Positions 31,069 through 41,935 of a DNA stretch of 64,000 bases are shown here, piece by piece. The notes below the pieces were generated by a model that had not been told where the DNA came from, searched no databases, and saw only the letters and a program-made list of their open reading frames with translations. The DNA comes from an uncultured delta proteobacterium (GTDB lineage Bacteria > Bdellovibrionota > FAC87 > UBA2466): contig CAVZSV010000004.1 of assembly GCA_963778115.1 (NCBI GenBank), positions 2,208,001 through 2,272,000 on the forward strand, in the 5' to 3' direction. Made by a program: the position numbers and the translations under genes. Positions within the stretch are counted from its first letter, which is position 1, and the number at the start of each line of letters is the position of its first letter.

Positions 31069-32415
31069 CTAACGCACCAGCTTCGGTTCCACGACATCCA
31101 GAACATCACCAATATCGCTCCCCTCCCCGAAATTGACATCGAATGTTAGTTTCTTGGTGCCAGTGATAGGTAACGAGAGCATCTTGGCAGCCTCCTTACC
31201 GGAAATGGGTTCGTCAAAGATCGTTTTCCCATCGGCTTGGATGGTGAGTCTGACGTGACCGATCGGTCTTGAATTATCATTGATTCCTACTTTGGCCTTA
31301 AAGAGACGAAAGTCTTCTTTTAATCGAAACGTCGAACGGGTGTGGCTTCGAAACGACACTCCGTTGCGGTACGTTTTTCCATCCAATTTAAGAGGACCAT
31401 AGAACGAGCGTTCCCATCGAGGGAGCGCATCGGATTCGACAGTGGTGTCGGGCTTTGCGCCCACATCGAAATAGGGTTTCACCTCCGTCTCCGGACGTTC
31501 TAAGTCGGTCAGTCTCACATTAGTGGCTACCGAATAGTCGAGGGTACACACATCGGAAGAGTCTAGGGAGAGCGTTTCTCCCGACGGCGTCGTGATTCTA
31601 ACTTTGTCTTCCGTCATGCTCAGAGCAATGGCGGGAATTCTACTCCCCTCGGCGTCTACCACAATCAAAGCGGGTTTGGGGAACGGCTTTTCTAGTTTTC
31701 TTCGAAAAAATTGGATGGCGGTCACTTTCTCCCGTTTCGCCGGAAAGACTTCACCGTCAACTTCAAAACCAATACTGTTGTCCGAGACGTCGAGTACAAT
31801 GCCGTCGAGGTAGTCGAGGGCGGTCTTTTTCTTGAGGATCAGGCGATCCGACGGTGACTGGCTCTTCAAGATTTTCTCTTCTTCCACTTGCTCCGCCGGC
31901 TCGAGGGGTTTCAATCTGGCGAAAACGAGACGCCGCTTGTCGACCTCAATTGGCGTGGAGGGCTTTCGGGGGGTGTTCTCAGGCTCCTCGGTCCGCGAAC
32001 GTCGCGCCAATTCCAGAATCGCTTTGGGACCGGAAATAGTGAAAGAGGTAACTTTTAGCTTAGTGCCGTCATCCCATTCGACGTCAATGATCTTCGCCCC
32101 CGCCTCTTGAGATTTGTCGCAAGAACGGTGATGAAGAGTAATACGCGAGACTTCTGGAGAGGAGAGTCGCCTGTCACCCGTCGGGGTATTTATCACAACA
32201 CCCTTCTCATCGTACGCGATGGACGGACTTTCCAGAACTTCGCCGCCTTCCGTTTCGATCTCAAATTTACTCCCATCGACCTCCCGCAATGAAACCCCCG
32301 AATCGGATGCGCCAGACAAATCGGATGGTTCATGGTTGACGGCCGTGGGAAGTTCTCCGCGGGCCGGCGCTATCATAAAGGTCAGGATAAAGAAAATGAG
32401 TCGGCAGTGTCTCAC
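31069..32415 (-). CDS. Secreted protein with C-terminal NPCBM/NEW2 carbohydrate-binding domain
   Basis: LKLDGKTYRNGVSFRS...FKAKVGIND...VRLTIQADGK...W/VVEPKL pattern. Confidence 0.75.
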   Translation of the reverse strand: MRHCRLIFFILTFMIAPARGELPTAVNHEPSDLSGASDSGVSLREVDGSKFEIETEGGEVLESPSIAYDEKGVVINTPTGDRRLSSPEVSRITLHHRSCDKSQEAGAKIIDVEWDDGTKLKVTSFTISGPKAILELARRSRTEEPENTPRKPSTPIEVDKRRLVFARLKPLEPAEQVEEEKILKSQSPSDRLILKKKTALDYLDGIVLDVSDNSIGFEVDGEVFPAKREKVTAIQFFRRKLEKPFPKPALIVVDAEGSRIPAIALSMTEDKVRITTPSGETLSLDSSDVCTLDYSVATNVRLTDLERPETEVKPYFDVGAKPDTTVESDALPRWERSFYGPLKLDGKTYRNGVSFRSHTRSTFRLKEDFRLFKAKVGINDNSRPIGHVRLTIQADGKTIFDEPISGKEAAKMLSLPITGTKKLTFDVNFGEGSDIGDVLDVVEPKLVR

Positions 32416-34217
32416 GGGCTCAACTCCTTGCTTGCTTCCACTGCCCCGTGCTCGTCCGTCTTTTGGTCCATCTTTAACGCTCTATCGGGATCTTCCAGAC
32501 CATAAAACCAGACGCACATTGACGCCCTATCGGAGCCCGCCATGAGGCCGCCATTGGGGCTCAAGTAATGGCTGGTCGGGGAAAAACCCCCAGATAGCGA
32601 AAGCGCTCCCAATGGGCTGCGATCGCTCGTTCGAGAAACGTGGATACTTCGAATTCCGTTTTTTGGCGTGTCGGCATAAAAAAGGGACCGGTCTTCGTTG
32701 GCGATAAAACCTAACTTTCCGACCGATCCGAGTTCGCCGGTGGGCCATTTCAGACTTACCGATGCTCGCCCCGCAGTGATGAGGATCTCCTTCCCTTCAT
32801 TAAATTGAACGCCAGTAATGGGCCCATCTAGTTCAGCCTTCTTTGCCGCCTCAGCATCGATAATCGGCATTTGAGCCAACTCGTGCTTCTCGCCCGTAAG
32901 CATATTCCACACGATGACTTTTTCGGGCTCATTATAGGCCTTACTCACAACGACGAGTTGGTCGGGATCGGGAGTAAAGGCGGCAAAGGAGACTCGTTCA
33001 CGCCCACTAGGTTCATAGCGTGAGATCGCTTCGGACGAGAGATTTCTTACTATTAGGCTGTTTCCGTCGAGATAGAGAGCCTTTTTTTCATCGGACGATA
33101 TACGGACGGAACTTACCGTCGTGATTCCCGGCGAGAAGCGGGTGGAGAGCGTTACCCTTGGTTTATTTCGATCGGCTAAATCGGCAATTACCAACTTGTT
33201 GGCGACTCGAGCCGCCACTAGACCCGTAGGATTTAAGAGTTGCGGAGTTTTTAGCTCCTTGCTGTCAAATACCTTTGTGAGTTTATCGTGAAAGAGATCC
33301 CAATCAACCACGTCGCCGCTGGCCATCATATTTCGGATGATCCACGGTCCCCGAAAGAAGGAAAAGCTGGGATGTTCAACGAAATCATTTCGGCAAAGAA
33401 GAGGAAGAGAAAGTGGTTTTGAAGGGTCTTCTATTTTTTGATTTGATCTTTCGATGAGACGTCGAATCAATGCCAAGTTATCTCGATAGGTGAGAGCAGT
33501 GTCACTCGCCTTTGATAGCCACGCATCGAGATCTCTCTTTTGCATCTCGCGACCGCCAATCCGAAAGGAAGCCGGAGCTTTCTTCTTGGCAGCCTCAAGC
33601 CATGCTCTTGCTTGGATATCTATCTTTAGACGCCCGAAGAGCTCCGCCCCCGAAAGCAACGTAGGAAAAGAGACATTGTCAGGAAAGGTCTTTTCCAACT
33701 CCAATGGCATTAATTCCAAGGCGGCATCGACGACATCTCCTCGCTCTCGTTTAATGCGAATGGACGTCTCAGTCGCTTCAAGCGCTATTTTCGAGATCGG
33801 ATACTGGCTGGCCACTTCGTGGATCTTCTCGGAATCGCCCTCCACTTTGGCCTTCAAAAACTGGTTTTTAGCTTTGATACCGTATATAAGCTCGTATTGA
33901 TCTCGCGCGGATTGGGGAACGGCTTCAAGTAGCTCTTTGCCAATCAGCCGGGTCGACTTCATGAAGCGATCGCGTTCTGCTTTTGTTATCTCCCCTCGAT
34001 CGTCCTCGGAAATAGCTGGAATTTGGTCCGGCACGTCGAGAAGGCGCCTTTGCACCAAATCAACGAAATCGCTCCATCGCCCTTCCGCTTGTAGTCCTTC
34101 TAAAGTCCTAAAAAGCGGCCTGAGACTGTAATAGGTCACCACTTTCTCCACTTCGGGTGGTTTAGCCGGCAAAGCTAGGCCCCAAACAAGGACGAAAAGA
34201 AGAACGTGACGCTTCAT
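32412..34217 (-). CDS. Secreted protein, helical N-terminus and beta-propeller (WD40-like) C-terminus
   Basis: Signal peptide, ISSDEK/AFTPD/LSPNG blade motifs, coupled by overlaps to both neighbours. Confidence 0.6.
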   Translation of the reverse strand: MKRHVLLFVLVWGLALPAKPPEVEKVVTYYSLRPLFRTLEGLQAEGRWSDFVDLVQRRLLDVPDQIPAISEDDRGEITKAERDRFMKSTRLIGKELLEAVPQSARDQYELIYGIKAKNQFLKAKVEGDSEKIHEVASQYPISKIALEATETSIRIKRERGDVVDAALELMPLELEKTFPDNVSFPTLLSGAELFGRLKIDIQARAWLEAAKKKAPASFRIGGREMQKRDLDAWLSKASDTALTYRDNLALIRRLIERSNQKIEDPSKPLSLPLLCRNDFVEHPSFSFFRGPWIIRNMMASGDVVDWDLFHDKLTKVFDSKELKTPQLLNPTGLVAARVANKLVIADLADRNKPRVTLSTRFSPGITTVSSVRISSDEKKALYLDGNSLIVRNLSSEAISRYEPSGRERVSFAAFTPDPDQLVVVSKAYNEPEKVIVWNMLTGEKHELAQMPIIDAEAAKKAELDGPITGVQFNEGKEILITAGRASVSLKWPTGELGSVGKLGFIANEDRSLFYADTPKNGIRSIHVSRTSDRSPLGALSLSGGFSPTSHYLSPNGGLMAGSDRASMCVWFYGLEDPDRALKMDQKTDEHGAVEASKELSP

Positions 34218-35821
34218 TCTTGTGCCCGGCTGTCGTCAGTGTGGGTGGCCGAAGAGGCTTTTTCTGTGTGCTCCTGGCTTCTCTCTCGATCTTCCCGCCA
34301 AAGCGTCTGACAGATCTGAGGTAGCGAAGCCCCTGTTTCCAGAGCCTTGATTTGCCCCACGTATGGATTTGCTCCAGGGATTGCCGTATTGGGCATGGAG
34401 GGATAGGACTCACTGTGTTCTTGTCGCTGATAGCGATTTTGATCTTCTAAGTTTTCAAGTCCGAACATATCGCCGGTGTTAAGATCGAGCGAGAAACCGA
34501 GGTCGCACTTGGCGTCGGGATTCTCTGGATTTACGAGTTGATTACATTTGAAACAGACGAGAACTTTCCCGTCTCTGGTCTTACAGGAAGAATCGCCATA
34601 AGAAAAAGTAGCGGGTTCGTAGGAATGTTTAACTTGGTAACCAAAAGGGTGATTTGAACCCGAGGTATTAAAATACCTTCCCACTTCATTACTGATCTCG
34701 CCAAGTTTGGATTGGATGAGAAAGTTGATGAATTCTTTGCGATCCGACTCGCTAAGTTCGGGGCTCTCGGCTAACTGTTGATAGCTCTGACTAAATTCGG
34801 CCACCAGTTCTTTCAGACGATCCGGCCCTAATTTGCCGCTGTAGTTAGCGACAATCTTTTCGGCGTGCTCCCGAGCCTTGGGAAGGGCTGCGTTAATATT
34901 TTTATCCACCTGCTCTGCCTTCTTCTTAAGGCTAGCAATTTGCTGTTCGTGGATGTCTATCATTTCCCGGCAGGCCTGTATGATTTGAGGATTTTTAGGC
35001 GTCGCTTGTTCGGTGGGCGTTACCGACTTCACTGGCGCCTCTTTTTTCCACATCGTTTGGCATGCCTCGGGAAGCATCGCCCCCGATTCTAACGATTCAA
35101 TCGCCTGTGTCGCGAGTAGGTAGTAGTTGGAGTAACCATAAGAGGGAGTCATTCCGTACGGCGATGTTTGATAGTAGGGACTTCCCCCCCCGCTGTAAAT
35201 AAATTGAGCTGCTTCAAGTTGCTCCTTATCACTACCGAGCCCGTCGATCTTTCCGCTGAGAAGATCTAAGGTGAATAAGACGTTGGTCCCACTTTCAAGG
35301 TCGAGAGAGGCGTCATAGCAATAAAGCGCCTTCCCCTCGCGTATCTTGCAGTATCCCGACCTTCCTCCGTCTTGGCTACTGAGAGCTAGGACGGGGTGAT
35401 CTTTGAACTTAAGAAATAGCGCGCCGTCGTTCTTCTCCAAATCGCGGACCATTCGGCCAATGCGCAACGAGTAAAGTGCATCAAGCGCGTTCTGAAATTC
35501 TTTTTTTGCACTGTCGTTGGTAATCGTCTTACTGATGTGGTTAGACTCGTCCAAATAGGCTTTTATTTCCGCCTTCAGCTCAGGAGATGCTTCTTGGCGA
35601 TAGCGCTGTGAAGTGGCTTCTAGCGACTTGGCGAGCTCCGGAATCTTTTGGGAACGCTTTTTAACCTCGGCTTTTTGCAATTCGATTTCTACTTTGAGGG
35701 CTTGAACCAGCTTTCGGCAGTCTTCTTCCGTTACGCCCCCAGCCGCTGGAGCCACCGGTTCGTCGGCCCATGCGAGGCAGACACATAATACCGAGAATAC
35801 GATTAAAACTTTGCGCAGCAT
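34214..35821 (-). CDS. Secreted protein with two tandem copies of a ~240-aa Cys-containing domain
   Basis: CKIREGKALYC...TLDLLSG...LESGAMLPEACQTMW compared with CKTRDGKVLVC...SLDLNTG...LETGASLPQICQTLW. Confidence 0.75.
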   Translation of the reverse strand: MLRKVLIVFSVLCVCLAWADEPVAPAAGGVTEEDCRKLVQALKVEIELQKAEVKKRSQKIPELAKSLEATSQRYRQEASPELKAEIKAYLDESNHISKTITNDSAKKEFQNALDALYSLRIGRMVRDLEKNDGALFLKFKDHPVLALSSQDGGRSGYCKIREGKALYCYDASLDLESGTNVLFTLDLLSGKIDGLGSDKEQLEAAQFIYSGGGSPYYQTSPYGMTPSYGYSNYYLLATQAIESLESGAMLPEACQTMWKKEAPVKSVTPTEQATPKNPQIIQACREMIDIHEQQIASLKKKAEQVDKNINAALPKAREHAEKIVANYSGKLGPDRLKELVAEFSQSYQQLAESPELSESDRKEFINFLIQSKLGEISNEVGRYFNTSGSNHPFGYQVKHSYEPATFSYGDSSCKTRDGKVLVCFKCNQLVNPENPDAKCDLGFSLDLNTGDMFGLENLEDQNRYQRQEHSESYPSMPNTAIPGANPYVGQIKALETGASLPQICQTLWREDRERSQEHTEKASSATHTDDSRAQE

Positions 35822-35864
35822 TTCTTATCCCCCCTTAAGCCAGCCCGAATCTTGGTAGGAGGAT

Positions 35865-35879
35865 GCAAGTCGTGTTCCC
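35865..35879 (-). promoter_or_regulatory. Putative sigma54 promoter of the island operon
   Basis: Minus strand GGGAACACGACTTGC (GG-N10-GC). Confidence 0.5.
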
Positions 35880-35977
35880 TAACGCCGTCCCTAGTACTTA
35901 ACCCGTAGTCTTGTTGAGGACTGACAGAATCGTCTGAGAATACGCTGTCTAGATCAAAGACACTCGTCAGATGAGAG

Positions 35978-36073
35978 GGCACCCGGATTCGACCCCCGCG
36001 TCGCTTCGCTATGCGGGGTTTATTGCTTTTCGGTGTAATTCGCTTGTCATGCGTAGCCGTAGGCGAAGCGTGA

Positions 36074-36077
<4 letters not shown>
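35978..36077. repeat. 100-bp hairpin mini-insertion duplicating 15 bp of the tRNA-Cys 3' end
   Basis: ggcacccggattcga occurs at 35978 and 36078. Internal hairpin ccccgc-gtcgcttcgctat-gcgggg. Confidence 0.7.
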
Positions 36078-36145
<68 letters not shown>

Positions 36146-36397
36146 ATAAGAAATGACAAGACGCAGTTTTATAGCCTTTTTAGCGGGGAGTGGCAATTGG
36201 TAAGGCCGAGGTGGTTTAGGGTACCGAGCCCACGGACTGAGGGTCTGCGGTGCGTCGCAAATAGCAGTACCGAGTGACTACTCCTATGCTAAAATAATTA
36301 AGAGATTGGTAATCTACCAATCCCCTGAGCGACTATTATCCAAACACCTTTGCCGATCGCCGGGGCCAATCTGACTCCCAAACCTGGAATCACATTC

Positions 36398-37081
36398 ATG
36401 TCGTCGAAAATGGTCCGCCTTCAAAAGGTGATGAAACTATATGGTCCCGAGCGCTTTGCCTTGCGTAATGTGAGCTTTGATCTCGATAGGGGCGAGTTCG
36501 CTTATGTGACCGGAGTAAACGGAGCGGGAAAGACCACTCTTCTTAAACTACTTTTCGCCATGGAGAAGGCCACCGAAGGCCAGATCTTGGTAAATAACAG
36601 AGATCTTACGGCTCTAGCCCGCTCCAAGGTTTTCCAATATCGAAGAGAAGTGGGCTTTGTCTTTCAGGATTTCAAACTACTGCCGGACCTTAACGTCTAC
36701 GATAACGTAAGTTTGCCGCTGGAGATCCGTAGCATGACACCCAGTGAAGTCGACTACCGAGTGCGAGGAGTGTTGTCGCTGGTGGGACTCTCCGATCGCG
36801 CGAAGGATTTCCCTCTTACCCTTTCGGGAGGAGAGCAGCAAAGGGTAGCGATCGCACGATCGATTATCGGTAAGCCATCTCTGCTCTTAGCCGACGAGCC
36901 CACTGGTAATTTGGATACTCAGACCGCCCGAGACATCATGCAGCTCTTTATGGAAATTCACGACATGGGTACTACGGTTCTTATCGCCACCCATGATGAC
37001 ATGCTTATGAAAGAGGTCCCGGCCCGCGTGATCGAGCTCGAACGCGGACAGATGATTTCCGATCGAGGGGGGGCAGCGTAA
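36398..37081 (+). CDS. ftsE: Cell division ATP-binding protein FtsE
   Basis: GVNGAGKTT, FQDFKLL, LSGGEQQRV, LLADEPTGNLD. Followed by ftsX and envC. Confidence 0.93.
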   Translation: MSSKMVRLQKVMKLYGPERFALRNVSFDLDRGEFAYVTGVNGAGKTTLLKLLFAMEKATEGQILVNNRDLTALARSKVFQYRREVGFVFQDFKLLPDLNVYDNVSLPLEIRSMTPSEVDYRVRGVLSLVGLSDRAKDFPLTLSGGEQQRVAIARSIIGKPSLLLADEPTGNLDTQTARDIMQLFMEIHDMGTTVLIATHDDMLMKEVPARVIELERGQMISDRGGAA

Positions 37082-37971
37082 TGGCCTATCGAGGAATCAA
37101 ACGTAGCTTTATCGATTTTCAAAGGCATCCCTGGCTGCATATCATCAGTGTTGCTACTATCGCGATGGCCCTTCTAATTTTGGGTGTGTTCTTTCTTGGA
37201 TACCGAAATATGGAAAGTATCGCCGATAAAGCGAAATCCCAAATTACGGCCACTGTCTATTTAAAGGACGGACTTACCGAAGCCCAAGTGACGGAATTGA
37301 AAGAACGGATCTTGTCTCTAGGGATGGTAAAAAATGCGGTTTTCAAAAGTCGGCATTCCGTGATGGAAGAGTTGTCCAGCTTCTTGGGCAGCGGAGTGGG
37401 TGACTCTTTGACCGGAAACGAGATTTTCCCCGATATTTTGGAAGTAGAGGTTCGCAGGGAGGCCTCGATGTCGGACGCTGGAGACGTAAAGACCATGGTT
37501 TCCAAAATGCCGGAAGTGGCCGATGTCGATTTTTCCGAGGACTGGCTAGCTCAATTCAAACACATTCGCCAAATGTTTCAGGTCTTTGGATTTTGCTTAA
37601 CATCGGCAATCCTTATCGGCTGTGGCTTTATCATCGCCAACTTCATGGGAATGCGTCATCAAGCCAGAAAGAATGAAATTGAAATCGTTAGACTTCATGG
37701 GGCAAGCCAACAGTTCGTCATGGCGCCATTTCTATGGGAAGGATTTTTTGAAGGAATCATTGGGGCCTTTATCGCACTGATTTTGCTCTACGTTGCTAAG
37801 ATATTTTTAGGTGCGATGGTCTCTTCCCAGTGGGCCTCGCTCCTGGGGGTTCATCAACTCCTCTATCTCTCTATTGGCCAACTCTTTGCCGTCATCGCTT
37901 TGGGAATTGCCATGGCGTTTTTCGGAAGTTTCACCGTCTTTATTCGGTTCCAAGAGAACGGCTATCGATGA
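37081..37971 (+). CDS. ftsX: Cell division permease FtsX
   Basis: Four TM segments, RKNEIEIVRLHGAS...PFLWEG motif, ftsE context. Confidence 0.9.
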   Translation: MAYRGIKRSFIDFQRHPWLHIISVATIAMALLILGVFFLGYRNMESIADKAKSQITATVYLKDGLTEAQVTELKERILSLGMVKNAVFKSRHSVMEELSSFLGSGVGDSLTGNEIFPDILEVEVRREASMSDAGDVKTMVSKMPEVADVDFSEDWLAQFKHIRQMFQVFGFCLTSAILIGCGFIIANFMGMRHQARKNEIEIVRLHGASQQFVMAPFLWEGFFEGIIGAFIALILLYVAKIFLGAMVSSQWASLLGVHQLLYLSIGQLFAVIALGIAMAFFGSFTVFIRFQENGYR

Positions 37972-39119
37972 TTCGAATTCTTTTCCTTTCGCTCGTCATC
38001 TCAACTATTGCTGGCGCCTCCACGCGCGTCAATGAAGAGCCAGGATCTGAACGCGCTTCTCAGCTCAAAGCCTACATTCAAAAAGAACAGCCGGCATTTA
38101 AACAGCGGGAAACTCAAAAACACGACCTTCTAGATTCTTTAGATAGCCTTAATGCGGACCAAAACGAGATCCGCAATCGAATTAGCTCCATCCAAGCCAA
38201 TCAGCAGGAGCTCACGATGGCGTCCGAGAATCTAACGCTGGAGTTTCAGAAGCAAAAAAAGATGGAGGCCTTTGAACGCGAAAGGCTCTTATTGCTTCTT
38301 AAAGTCGTCTACAAACTCAAACGAGACGGTCTTTTACGATTTCTGGTTTATGACGAGGGGCTCGGGAAAATGGCGGGCCGGGTCCGTATCCTCTACCGCG
38401 CGTTACGATCTCACACTCAATTGGCCCATGCCCTTCAAGAGCGTGATGAGCGCCTAGCCGAGAGCGAAAAGAAGCTGACGATTGCCAAAGAGCAATTGGC
38501 CGAAGTCTTAAGTGAGTTGGGGGAGCAGCAGACGCTACTCCAAGACTTGCTCACGAAGAAAAAAGAGATTCTGCGGGTATTGAATCGAAAGCAGAATTCT
38601 TACCAGACGGCGCTTAAAGAATATAAACAGATCTCTAGTCAGCTCACCGCACTCTTTGACAATTTTGAGTCTGAGCGAGATTCGCCAAGCTCCAATCTTC
38701 CGCCCCGGGGATCGCTTCCTCTGCCCATCGTTTTGGGGCACATTGTAAAAAGTTTTGGAAAATCGGTAAATCCCCAGTTCGGAACGGTTACCTACCAAAA
38801 AGGGCTTGAGATCGAAGCCGAACAAAATACTCCGGTAACGGCAGTCCTTCCCGGTGTTGTCGAGTTTGACGGCTGGGTGAAAGGTCTTGGAAATGTCGTC
38901 ATCCTTCATCACGGCGGTGGATTTTATTCTTTGAGTGCCCATCTTTTCAAATCGCTAAAACCCCGCGGGAGTCACGTGGAACAAGGGGAAGCCATCGGCA
39001 TGGTGGGCGATACCGGAAACAGCGAAAAACCCAGTCTCTATTTCGAGCTTAGAAACAATAGCAAGGCGATTGACCCGCTTTTGTATTTCTCTCAAAAGGC
39101 GATGGAGCACCTAGGATAG
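37968..39119 (+). CDS. envC: Murein hydrolase activator EnvC (coiled coil and degenerate M23 domain)
   Basis: Long coiled coil, GNVVILHHGGGFYSLSAHL, LYFELR. Lacks HxxxD/HxH, as expected for EnvC. Confidence 0.85.
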   Translation: MIRILFLSLVISTIAGASTRVNEEPGSERASQLKAYIQKEQPAFKQRETQKHDLLDSLDSLNADQNEIRNRISSIQANQQELTMASENLTLEFQKQKKMEAFERERLLLLLKVVYKLKRDGLLRFLVYDEGLGKMAGRVRILYRALRSHTQLAHALQERDERLAESEKKLTIAKEQLAEVLSELGEQQTLLQDLLTKKKEILRVLNRKQNSYQTALKEYKQISSQLTALFDNFESERDSPSSNLPPRGSLPLPIVLGHIVKSFGKSVNPQFGTVTYQKGLEIEAEQNTPVTAVLPGVVEFDGWVKGLGNVVILHHGGGFYSLSAHLFKSLKPRGSHVEQGEAIGMVGDTGNSEKPSLYFELRNNSKAIDPLLYFSQKAMEHLG

Positions 39120-41849
39120 AGAATCGATCAGCTGTTTACTAATTTGGAATTTCTCAAGGGTCGCTTCCGCCAAAGCCTCTTCACAAGCCGACGCAATTCC
39201 TTCCGCATCCAGCCCATGATAATGAAACACTTCCTGAGTCGTTCCCGATTTTGAAGTCTTTCGGACCGCCAAAGTCTTGTGGAGCACTCCTACGATAGAG
39301 CCTATATTATCTAAGAGACCCGGCTCTCCGTCGTGAACGGAAACCACGGGTACTCTCGAACCTTGAACGAAGTACCAGTCTCCTTCGGAGCTAAGCGTTC
39401 GCCCTTTATCCGGACGCACATACAGCTCACCGCTAATGCCTAACCCCTCTTTCAGGTGTTGGTAGTTGTCGTGATAAGCGAAGTTTCCTAAAAGTAAATC
39501 CGAACTCGTGACGACATAGACATTGGCGTAGATTCCTTTTTGTCGAAGGGAATCGGAAGCCTTGATCGCTTCAGTGACTAAAGCCCCCATCGCGAAAAGC
39601 TCAATCACGTTATCACCAGGCGAGTAGTCTTCAAAGCCACGATAATCGATGAGCACGTATCCGCCCTTTAGCGTTTCTTGTCGGATGACTTCTAAAATCT
39701 CTTTCTCTTCTTTCCCTTGGAAGCGCAGTTGCGTTTTGGTCCGGTCCGTAAGTTCTTTCTGGACTAGGCCTTTGGTGACGCAGCGAATGAGGCTAGCTTC
39801 TCGGTCGGAATCGTCTTTGACGAAATGGCGTTTTAGCATATCCGCAAAGATCCATTCCAATTCCCTGGAAAATGCCGGCTCCCATGTCACGCAGTTAGGA
39901 ATTTGAAAATCTGACTTCCAGGAATGCTGAGCCCCTTCGGGAGCTAGCGTAATCCCGGAGGGCGTTCCTAAAGTCGCAAAACTCGAATGCCAGTAAAGAT
40001 TGTAATAGAATTGGTCGTGAGCTCGTTTAATGAAAAAATCGTAAATCGTCATCGAGGGGAAGAGAGGAATTCCCACGAAATGAAAAAACTTTCCGAAAGA
40101 GCCCGCGGCCGACATACAGTTGCCTTCGGCAATCTCAAATCGGATATGACCCGAACGATCCGAAAGCTGTGGAATAACATCGGGCGCCTTTTCATCTTTA
40201 GTCCCGAAAGTCTTTTCGAAATCCTCTTGGCCGACATCTCCAAAGAGTTTGCCGTTCATGTTGGGGCTGGTATTGGTGGAACTTCCCACATCAGGAGCCA
40301 TCGTTAGAAAAAAGCGAGCTACTTTGCCCCACTCCAGATCGTTGGCGGTCTTTTTAGCAGCATCCTTTTCGCCCCCATGGGCCAACCTATCAAGCTTTGC
40401 CGCGATCTGTCCCCACATCCACTGAGTATGGGCTACGGGATTAAATTTAAGCGCATGAATATCAAGATCAGTAGGCCAAGTTACTTCAGAGCGCGCGAAG
40501 TCTAACCACTTCTTCTTTCGTTCGTCGACCTCTGCTAAGATCTTATCAATACCGGTCAAAAGCCATTCTCGCCTTTGCGACAGGTAGGCCTCTTCCTCGG
40601 AAGAGGGTTCGAACCCTTCAAAAGGATGGGTCACATCGGCACCAATACGATCCGCCATCGCTTTTAGTTCGTCGGCTTCAGGAAGCGACGAGTGGTTTCC
40701 CGACATGGCCTGGCAAGCCAAGCGGTATCCTTTGATGGTGTAGGGGACGATAAGACTGGGCCGTTTGGTTTCTGCTTTGGCCGCTTGGAAAGCTTCGACG
40801 AGACTCTCCAAATCATGTCCGGCCAGATTTAAAAAGACTCTTTGTAATTCGTCGTCGTCTAGCTCTCCTATCAAACCTTTTAGTTTCGAGGATTTTTCCA
40901 AAAGAACTTTACGGGTCAGCGTGGCGTTATTGGCTTCAAGGACCGCTTGAAATTCGAAGTCGGTGAAAGATTCATCTAATACCCGTCGCAGCTCCTCTCC
41001 GCCAGGTTGGGCGAAGATGCGCTCTCTTAACTTTCCGTGTTTAAGCTTTATCGCATGCCAGCCATTCGCTTCGGCTACACGAACGATTCGATCTGCATCG
41101 GAGCCTGCGAAAGCCTCTTCATTAAGCACACGCGTTCCATCCAAATTTTGGCGGTTGTAATCTACGATCCAGATCAGATTTCCGAGTTGGCGCTCCCCAG
41201 CATCGGGCATTGCTTCCATCAAAGAGCCTTCCCGAAACTCGGAGTCGCCCATCAAACACCAAAAAGTGGGGCTCTCATTTATCTCAAACCCATGATAGCT
41301 AGCGAACTCATAGGCTAGCGACGTATAAAGAGCATTCACGGGCGGAATGCCTACTGAGCCTGAAGGAAAATAGCGGAACGAATCCGGATCGGCTTCAGCG
41401 TGGTAGGACTGGAAGACCGGCTCTTCCTTCGTGTAGTGGCGAAGGTTTTTCATGGCGGTCTTGCGCTCGTCTTCAGTAAGTTTGCGGTGATCGCTATCTC
41501 GAAAGTTGTGTAGCAAGAAATTTAACGCGTGGTCCATCGGCGAGACGTGAGGCTTACACGCAAAGTAATCTTCTGGGTTACGCATGACCAAATGGATAGC
41601 GGCTAAAATGTGCTGGGAAGAGGCGCAAGCACTAGGATGGCCCCCTACTTTGGGCTCGCCGCGATCGGGGGTCGGACGTTGGTGGTTGGCAATATCGATC
41701 ATCTCTAGAGCCAGGAAAAAAGCACGATCGGTAATCCGGTTCAAGACTTCGTAATCAACGGCTTTTTTCGCCGAGGAGCGCTTGGTACTGGGGGAGCTAG
41801 TGGCGGGAGGCAACGGGGATGTTTTCTTGAGCGGTTCCACGGTTTTCAT
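39111..41849 (-). CDS. aceE: Pyruvate dehydrogenase E1 component (AceE type)
   Basis: KVGGHPSACAS, TPP motif GDSEFREG...DYNRQNLD, TPSGITLAPEGAQH. Confidence 0.88.
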   Translation of the reverse strand: MKTVEPLKKTSPLPPATSSPSTKRSSAKKAVDYEVLNRITDRAFFLALEMIDIANHQRPTPDRGEPKVGGHPSACASSQHILAAIHLVMRNPEDYFACKPHVSPMDHALNFLLHNFRDSDHRKLTEDERKTAMKNLRHYTKEEPVFQSYHAEADPDSFRYFPSGSVGIPPVNALYTSLAYEFASYHGFEINESPTFWCLMGDSEFREGSLMEAMPDAGERQLGNLIWIVDYNRQNLDGTRVLNEEAFAGSDADRIVRVAEANGWHAIKLKHGKLRERIFAQPGGEELRRVLDESFTDFEFQAVLEANNATLTRKVLLEKSSKLKGLIGELDDDELQRVFLNLAGHDLESLVEAFQAAKAETKRPSLIVPYTIKGYRLACQAMSGNHSSLPEADELKAMADRIGADVTHPFEGFEPSSEEEAYLSQRREWLLTGIDKILAEVDERKKKWLDFARSEVTWPTDLDIHALKFNPVAHTQWMWGQIAAKLDRLAHGGEKDAAKKTANDLEWGKVARFFLTMAPDVGSSTNTSPNMNGKLFGDVGQEDFEKTFGTKDEKAPDVIPQLSDRSGHIRFEIAEGNCMSAAGSFGKFFHFVGIPLFPSMTIYDFFIKRAHDQFYYNLYWHSSFATLGTPSGITLAPEGAQHSWKSDFQIPNCVTWEPAFSRELEWIFADMLKRHFVKDDSDREASLIRCVTKGLVQKELTDRTKTQLRFQGKEEKEILEVIRQETLKGGYVLIDYRGFEDYSPGDNVIELFAMGALVTEAIKASDSLRQKGIYANVYVVTSSDLLLGNFAYHDNYQHLKEGLGISGELYVRPDKGRTLSSEGDWYFVQGSRVPVVSVHDGEPGLLDNIGSIVGVLHKTLAVRKTSKSGTTQEVFHYHGLDAEGIASACEEALAEATLEKFQISKQLIDSLS

Positions 41850-41935
41850 AGGTTTGGTAGTGTAGCTGCTTCGGAATTTTCCGCAAGGGTAGTTTTCGTC
41901 GATTTCTCCTGGAAAAATAGGGGGTAATGAGCCCC

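Noticed and set aside
30946..31149. Short ORFs containing APPGFEPG / AAPGFEPG (also 35971..36156)
   Set aside because: These are translations of tRNA-Cys antisense sequence.
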